DNA of 64,000 bases from NCBI GenBank assembly GCA_964353765.1, contig CAYGWN010000049.1:33594-97593 (forward strand). Reading direction: 5' to 3'. Position numbers and translations under genes: made by a program. This stretch comes from an uncultured Methanoregula sp. (GTDB taxonomy: Archaea; Halobacteriota; Methanomicrobia; Methanomicrobiales; Methanospirillaceae). Positions 58,966 through 64,000 of this stretch are shown one piece after another. Positions within the stretch are counted from its first letter, which is position 1; the number at the start of each line of letters is the position of its first letter. Below the pieces are notes generated by a model. It made no database searches, was not told the DNA's origin, and saw only the letters and a list, made by a program, of their open reading frames with translations.

Positions 58966-60474
58966 TCAGGCTCCCACCATTTTGACATCGAGGACCCGCA
59001 TGATACCTTCATCAAGGAGGTATCCCCTCAGCCGGTCCCGGTTCCCTCTCAGGCTCTCGATGCTGTTGATACCCGCTGCTCCCATCAGTTCTGAGAGTTC
59101 CAGTGTCCAGGCATGGATCAGGTTCATGACGTTTGCTGAAGCAATATCAGGGTCAAGCCGTGCAACGAGATCCGGCCGCTGTGTTGCAATACCCCAGGGG
59201 CAGAGACCCCGGTAACAGGTCCCGCATACCCGGCAGCCCATGGCAACCAGTGCTGCCGTACCGATATAGACAGCATCGGCTCCCAAAGCGATAATCTTTG
59301 CAACATCCGGACTCTCCCTGATGCCCCCGCTGGCAATGATGGATACTTCATTCCTGATACCCTGCGAACGCAATTTGGCGTCAACGCTTGCGATTGCTGC
59401 TTCGATGGGAATTCCGACATGGTCCCTGAACACTCGTGGCGCAGCACCAGTCCCTCCCCGGAATCCGTCAATGACAACGGCATCAGCTCCGGACCTCGCA
59501 ATACCGGCAGCAATGGCAGCTGAGTTATGTACTGCGGCAATCTTTACAAATACCGGTTTTTTCCATTCTATAGCTTCTTTCAGGCTCAGGACGAGTTGCT
59601 TCAAATCCTCGATGCTGTAGATGTCATGGTGCGGGGCAGGGCTGATGGCATCACTTCCTTCCGGAATCATTCTCGTGGATGAGACATCCGCACAGATCTT
59701 TTCACCAGGCAGATGGCCTCCCAGACCTGGTTTTGCTCCCTGACCGATCTTGATCTCAATTGCCGCCCCACGCTCGAGGTAGTTGATATCAACGCCGAAC
59801 CTTCCCGAAGCGACCTGCACGATCATATGATCCTGGTAGGGATAGATTGATTCGTGGAGGCCTCCTTCACCCGTACCCATATAAGTACCGATTTCCTTGA
59901 CTGCCCGGGCAAGCGACTGCTGTGCATTCAGGCTGATTGCCCCGTAACTCATGTGGCCTATCATTATCGGGGTCTCCAGCATCAGGTTCGGGGAAAGACT
60001 GGTCTTTAAAACCATGTCCCCGTTTACCTTCTGAAACTCGAGTTTTGACGGTTTCTTGCCGATGTATGTCCGGAGTTCCATTGGTTCCCTGAGAGGATCG
60101 ATGCTTGGATTGGTCACCTGGCAGGCATCCAGAACCAGACGGTCGAAGATAACGGGATAGTCCATGGCGTTTCCCATGCCGGACAGGAGGATCTTCCCGC
60201 TTCGTGCTTGGTTGTAGATTGATTCCCTGACCTGGGGAGTCCAGAGGGGATGGCTCCTGTAGTCAACTGGTCTTTCGGTCAGGTCGATAGCATCACGGGG
60301 GCACATGGCGATACAGCGATGACAGGCAACACAGACGCGTGAATTGACATGTATTTTTTCCCTGTCAATTCTGAATACACCATAAGGGCAGCTTTCAACG
60401 CACCGCCCGCATAGCATACACTGGTTATGGTCGACGGTGATCTTATATCGGAGCGGGACACTCCCGATACTCAT
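58966..60474 (-). CDS. Glutamate synthase FMN/Fe-S synthase domain (GltB domain 2) with an N-terminal dicluster ferredoxin module
   Basis: CMLCGRCVESCP and CVACHRCIAMCP. FMN-binding TIM barrel (…IKIGQGAKPGLGGHLPG…, …SGGIR…). Confidence 0.85.
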   Translation of the reverse strand: MSIGSVPLRYKITVDHNQCMLCGRCVESCPYGVFRIDREKIHVNSRVCVACHRCIAMCPRDAIDLTERPVDYRSHPLWTPQVRESIYNQARSGKILLSGMGNAMDYPVIFDRLVLDACQVTNPSIDPLREPMELRTYIGKKPSKLEFQKVNGDMVLKTSLSPNLMLETPIMIGHMSYGAISLNAQQSLARAVKEIGTYMGTGEGGLHESIYPYQDHMIVQVASGRFGVDINYLERGAAIEIKIGQGAKPGLGGHLPGEKICADVSSTRMIPEGSDAISPAPHHDIYSIEDLKQLVLSLKEAIEWKKPVFVKIAAVHNSAAIAAGIARSGADAVVIDGFRGGTGAAPRVFRDHVGIPIEAAIASVDAKLRSQGIRNEVSIIASGGIRESPDVAKIIALGADAVYIGTAALVAMGCRVCGTCYRGLCPWGIATQRPDLVARLDPDIASANVMNLIHAWTLELSELMGAAGINSIESLRGNRDRLRGYLLDEGIMRVLDVKMVGA

Positions 60475-61523
60475 ACCAGGAACCTCCCGATCGTGGGTTC
60501 TCCTGCTTTCGGCATGGAAATCTCCTCAACATCGGGATCCATCGTTCGTATTGCGGCTTCTTCACTTGATAAATAGAGCCGGTTGCCATGAACACCGGAT
60601 ACCAGCGGCCGGAGTTTGATCCTGTCAGTAAAACCAACCATACTCTCATTATTTGCCACAACAATCGCAAAGGGACCGTTCATCAGAGCCGATCCATAGG
60701 CAAGCCTGATGGCACGGTATATTTCCTGTTCCTTTCCTGACATCCGATCAATCTCATCCCAGAAGGGTGGAGCAAGTGCTTTCACCGCGGTCTCCAGTGG
60801 AAGACCATGCCGCCGTACAAGAAGATCGAAAAGGTAAGCAACTACCTCTGTATCAGTATACATGGAACACCGGTATCCATAACTCTCAATGTATCTCCGG
60901 TTGGTCCCATACGATGTGATTTCTCCGTTATGTACAACACTCCAGTTGAGGAGATTGAATGGGTGGGCACCTCCCCACCACCCGGGAGTGTTGGTCGGGT
61001 AACGGTTGTGCCCCATCCAGAGATATCCTTTATAGTCCTGGATTCCGTAGAAATCCGCCACATCCTCAGGCCAGCCTGAAGCCTTGAAAACGGCAACATT
61101 TTTCCCGGATGAAAAAATAAGAGCACCTGGGATAGATGTATTGACTTTCATGACCAGATGCATCACGATATCATCCTCAGGACTTGTACTCCGGGGCATG
61201 AGGTGAGGGTCCGGCCGGAAAAAGAAACGCCAGGGGATGTGCACTTTTCGTAAACCATGGTGTTCATTTGTCGGGATTGCCTCATCATGCTCTATGACCC
61301 CCCACTTTGAGAGTTCATCCTCTACCGCAGGTTTTGCCTCGTGCAGGTTGTCAAAGAAGACATGAATGGCATAGTAATCCTTGAAGTCGGGAAATGCCCC
61401 ATATACTGCATATCCGGCACCTTCCCCACTTCCGCGTTCATCCATCTCTGAAAGGGCTGCCCTGATTCCTGTCCCGTTCATCCGCGCCCGACTACGATCG
61501 ATTACCCCAATTATTCCACACAT
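60471..61523 (-). CDS. Glutamate synthase glutamine amidotransferase domain (class II Ntn GATase, GltB domain 1)
   Basis: Start chosen so the mature N-terminus is Cys (MCGIIGV…), as Ntn amidotransferases require. 4-nt overlap with the downstream domain 2 gene. Confidence 0.85.
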   Translation of the reverse strand: MCGIIGVIDRSRARMNGTGIRAALSEMDERGSGEGAGYAVYGAFPDFKDYYAIHVFFDNLHEAKPAVEDELSKWGVIEHDEAIPTNEHHGLRKVHIPWRFFFRPDPHLMPRSTSPEDDIVMHLVMKVNTSIPGALIFSSGKNVAVFKASGWPEDVADFYGIQDYKGYLWMGHNRYPTNTPGWWGGAHPFNLLNWSVVHNGEITSYGTNRRYIESYGYRCSMYTDTEVVAYLFDLLVRRHGLPLETAVKALAPPFWDEIDRMSGKEQEIYRAIRLAYGSALMNGPFAIVVANNESMVGFTDRIKLRPLVSGVHGNRLYLSSEEAAIRTMDPDVEEISMPKAGEPTIGRFLV

Positions 61524-61624
61524 GGTATCACAGGTTTCGTCTGAATCTGTATATGCTCCGTTGATAATCCCATAATGTTTGCTCAATTAGGTATAAATAT
61601 AATTGGGTAGAAGCTATTTTCCAT

Positions 61625-62953
61625 ATGACGCGAGATGTCGTAGGTGCGATGCTGGAACACATCGACGCAGATCTTGTTAAATTCCTGCGTCTCCAGTTTA
61701 CCGATATTGAAGGCCAACCAAAAAATGTAGCCATTCCGGTTGAACAGGCAGAAAAAGCCCTGACTGAGGGGATATGGTTTGACGGATCCTCTATTGAGGG
61801 TTTTACCCGGATTGAAGAGTCAGATATGCTGCTGAAACCTGACCCCGCCACCTATGCGATTCTCCCCTGGCGGCCAGCCGATGCCAGGGTCGCCCGGTTT
61901 ATCTGCGATGTTTATACTTACGGAAATAAACCTTTTGAAGGTGACCCGAGGTATGTCCTGAAAAAGACGCTCACTGACGCCAAAAAAATGGGATTCACGT
62001 TCAATACCGGTCCTGAACTTGAGTTCTTCCTTTTTAAGATGATTGATGGGAGGCCCTCAACCCAGTTCCAGGATTATGGAGGATACTTTGATCTTGCACC
62101 AACCGATCTTGCTGAGGATGTGAGGCGGGATATTGTTTTTGCCCTGACCCAGATGGGCTTTGAGATTGAGGCTTCTCACCATGAAGTTGCCGAGAGTCAG
62201 CATGAGATTGATTTCAAGTACAGTAACGCCCTTGATACAGCGGACAAGGTTATAACCTTCAAGTTTGCTACAAAAACCCTTGCCCTCCAGAAATGCCTGC
62301 ATGCCACCTTCATGGCAAAACCGATTTCCGGAATAAACGGGAGCGGCATGCACACCCACGGGTCACTCACCAAAGATGGTAAAAACGCCTTCTTTGATCC
62401 TGACAGCCCGATGCAGTTGTCTAAAACCGCTTATTACTATATTGGCGGGCTGCTCAGGCATGCAAAAGCTATCACCAGGGTTGCAAACCCAACCATCAAT
62501 TCCTACAAACGGTTGGTACCAGGGTATGAAGCCCCCTGCTACATCTCATGGAGTGCCGCCAACCGTTCAGCGCTGGTCAGGGTACCGGCAGCCCGTGGGA
62601 ATAGCACCAGGGCCGAGTTCAGGAGTCCTGACCCCATGTGCAACCCCTACCTGACCTTTGCCGCGATGCTTGCAGCTGGACTGGATGGGATCAGGAACAA
62701 GATTGAACCTCCGGAGAGTATTGACACCAATATCTACCACCTCTCAGCAGAGGAGAGAAAGAAGATGGGAATTGAAATGTTGCCGGCAAGCCTGATGGAG
62801 GCCCAAATTGAGCTCGAAAAAGATGCAGTCATCCGGAAGGTTATGGGATCTCACGTCATGGACGGTCTGACCTCAATTGCAACCGTGGAATCTGATCTCT
62901 TCAGACTGGCTGTTCACCCCTGGGAGATTGAACGCTACCTGGCAACCTATTAA
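61625..62953 (+). CDS. glnA: Glutamine synthetase type I
   Basis: 442 aa. …FTDIEGQPKNV…, …GSGMHTHGS…, …NPYL… motifs. Confidence 0.95.
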   Translation: MTRDVVGAMLEHIDADLVKFLRLQFTDIEGQPKNVAIPVEQAEKALTEGIWFDGSSIEGFTRIEESDMLLKPDPATYAILPWRPADARVARFICDVYTYGNKPFEGDPRYVLKKTLTDAKKMGFTFNTGPELEFFLFKMIDGRPSTQFQDYGGYFDLAPTDLAEDVRRDIVFALTQMGFEIEASHHEVAESQHEIDFKYSNALDTADKVITFKFATKTLALQKCLHATFMAKPISGINGSGMHTHGSLTKDGKNAFFDPDSPMQLSKTAYYYIGGLLRHAKAITRVANPTINSYKRLVPGYEAPCYISWSAANRSALVRVPAARGNSTRAEFRSPDPMCNPYLTFAAMLAAGLDGIRNKIEPPESIDTNIYHLSAEERKKMGIEMLPASLMEAQIELEKDAVIRKVMGSHVMDGLTSIATVESDLFRLAVHPWEIERYLATY

Positions 62954-62962
62954 TTTTTTTTT
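62954..62962 (+). terminator. Oligo-T archaeal terminator signal after glnA
   Basis: A run of 9 T immediately follows the glnA TAA. Confidence 0.4.
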
Positions 62963-63213
62963 CAAAATGAATTTAGATAATTATTTATTCTTAAGAAGTT
63001 TACTTCCTTCCATCTTAGGCATATGCAACAAAATACTGAGGAGGAGGGAGAACGTGAGGGGAAAACAGCTGACAGCATATTCTCAAGAGAAACGAGAAAT
63101 GCGTCCCTTTTATGGCTCCCTATCCGGGAGTATGACTTGAAGGAGTCACAGAGAGCCCCTTCGAAAATGGAACCGCAAATAAATGCTCTTCCAGACCAGG
63201 AGATGAACAGACC

Positions 63214-63543
63214 ATGAAGCTCATTCAGGCATTGATCAGAGAAGAACGATTTCCATTTGTCAAAAAAGCTCTCGAAGCTATCGGTGTATTTGGAATGACA
63301 ATTTCCCAGGCCGAGGGGAGAGGGGAACAAAAGGGGGTTCAGCTTCAGTACCGCGGGGGAATCCTCAATGTGGACCTCCTGCCGAAGATGTGTATTGAAA
63401 TTGTGGTGAAAGACGAAATTGAGACCAGGGTAGTTGAACAGATATGTAGAGCTGCACGAATTGGAAAACCCGGTGATGGTAGAATTTTTATCATCCCTGT
63501 TCTGGAATCCCGCCGTGTCCGTACCGGTGAAGTGGAGGCCTGA
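63214..63543 (+). CDS. glnB: Nitrogen regulatory protein P-II
   Basis: MKLIQALIREERFPFVKKALEAIG…GRGEQKG…YRG T-loop…DGRIFI. Confidence 0.9.
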   Translation: MKLIQALIREERFPFVKKALEAIGVFGMTISQAEGRGEQKGVQLQYRGGILNVDLLPKMCIEIVVKDEIETRVVEQICRAARIGKPGDGRIFIIPVLESRRVRTGEVEA

Positions 63544-64000
63544 TATGTAGCATATCCGGTTCTCCCAAACGAGTTTCTCTCCGCGCAGCTATTATGCTGG
63601 GCAAGCTCTTTGAACCAGGGGAACCTGTCCTTTCCCCCCGGTTCTCAACCTATTCTCCTATGACTGTCGGCTCACAGAAAAAAGAAACATATATATAAGA
63701 TAGAAAGCAACTTCCATCCACTGAACGGTATAGTACCCGCTCAGGAGACTGGTGATTCCGTGCATTTCATGAAAGAGGACAATGATACGGGGTTTATGGA
63801 AGCTGCGGGCGAAGAATCCCGGGATGATGGTTTGAAACCCGTACATCTTTGGTTCGATGACTTCCCAGTCATCTCCCTACGTCCAAAAAAAGACAGGGTG
63901 TACTTCCTCAAGAATATCGTTAACTACCCATTCTTTGCTTGCGACATGATTCATCTTGACGAAGGAAGGTTGGAATCATCTCTGAAATTGCGGAATTTGA

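Noticed and set aside
63658-63846. 62-aa minus-strand ORF near the window end
   Set aside because: Bounded by an in-frame stop shortly upstream. Hydrophobic but with no motif, in a region of unclear coding status. Not enough support to call a gene.
1-64000. CRISPR arrays, cas genes, toxin-antitoxin or known defence-system signatures
   Set aside because: I saw no regularly spaced direct repeats and no recognisable defence gene families. Apart from the IS elements and priL, the window is essentially housekeeping.

Overview
This window looks like a chromosomal core region of a euryarchaeal methanogen, probably Methanomicrobiales-like, with mid-50s %GC by eye. The organism call rests on archaeal informational genes (PAN, PCNA, PriL, Alba, aMBF1, S17e, FtsZ, archaeosine tgtA/arcS, RNase P RNA) together with methanogen-type metabolism: ADH synthase and DHQ synthase II for the shikimate pathway, an FrhB-like F420 subunit, CobY and HypC.

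Gene order, left to right:
- a partial secreted Ntn (choloylglycine-type) hydrolase
- an Fe-siderophore/B12-type ABC importer
- an Isf-like flavoprotein
- a sulfur-handling cluster (split YeeE/YedE plus an MBL-rhodanese protein)
- PAN and aMBF1
- a nearly complete aromatic amino acid supraoperon (tandem DhnA aldolases, aroB', tyrA, pheA, aroA, an aroK-aroE fusion, aroC; aroD divergent), followed by a large U32 protein
- tpiA and an HTH-CBS regulator
- RNase P RNA (missed by the ORF track)
- AMMECR1, tgtA and arcS
- pntAA/AB/B transhydrogenase
- an M20 hydrolase, moaA and rlmE
- pcn, then a compositionally foreign priL
- a ThiN-like gene, rps17e, dapA, dapB, a ferredoxin, asd and albA
- a cell-division neighbourhood (DUF373, a coiled-coil protein, ftsZ, an RHH protein)
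- cobD, cobY, a TIGR00300 protein and a RaSEA-like radical SAM protein
- a surface protein and tRNA-Ser(UGA)
- a phosphoesterase, an orphan LivK-type binding protein and hypC
- a nested IS1595 insertion
- a nitrogen-assimilation block: an FrhB-like gene plus three-piece glutamate synthase, divergent from glnA and followed by a PII gene

I found no CRISPR array and no recognisable defence island. The points most worth a second look are:
- the AT-rich in-situ replacement of priL
- the Fe-S-motif U32 protein next to the prephenate pathway
- the P-loop AroK-AroE fusion
- the FrhB-linked split GOGAT
- the sulfur cluster
- the nested IS
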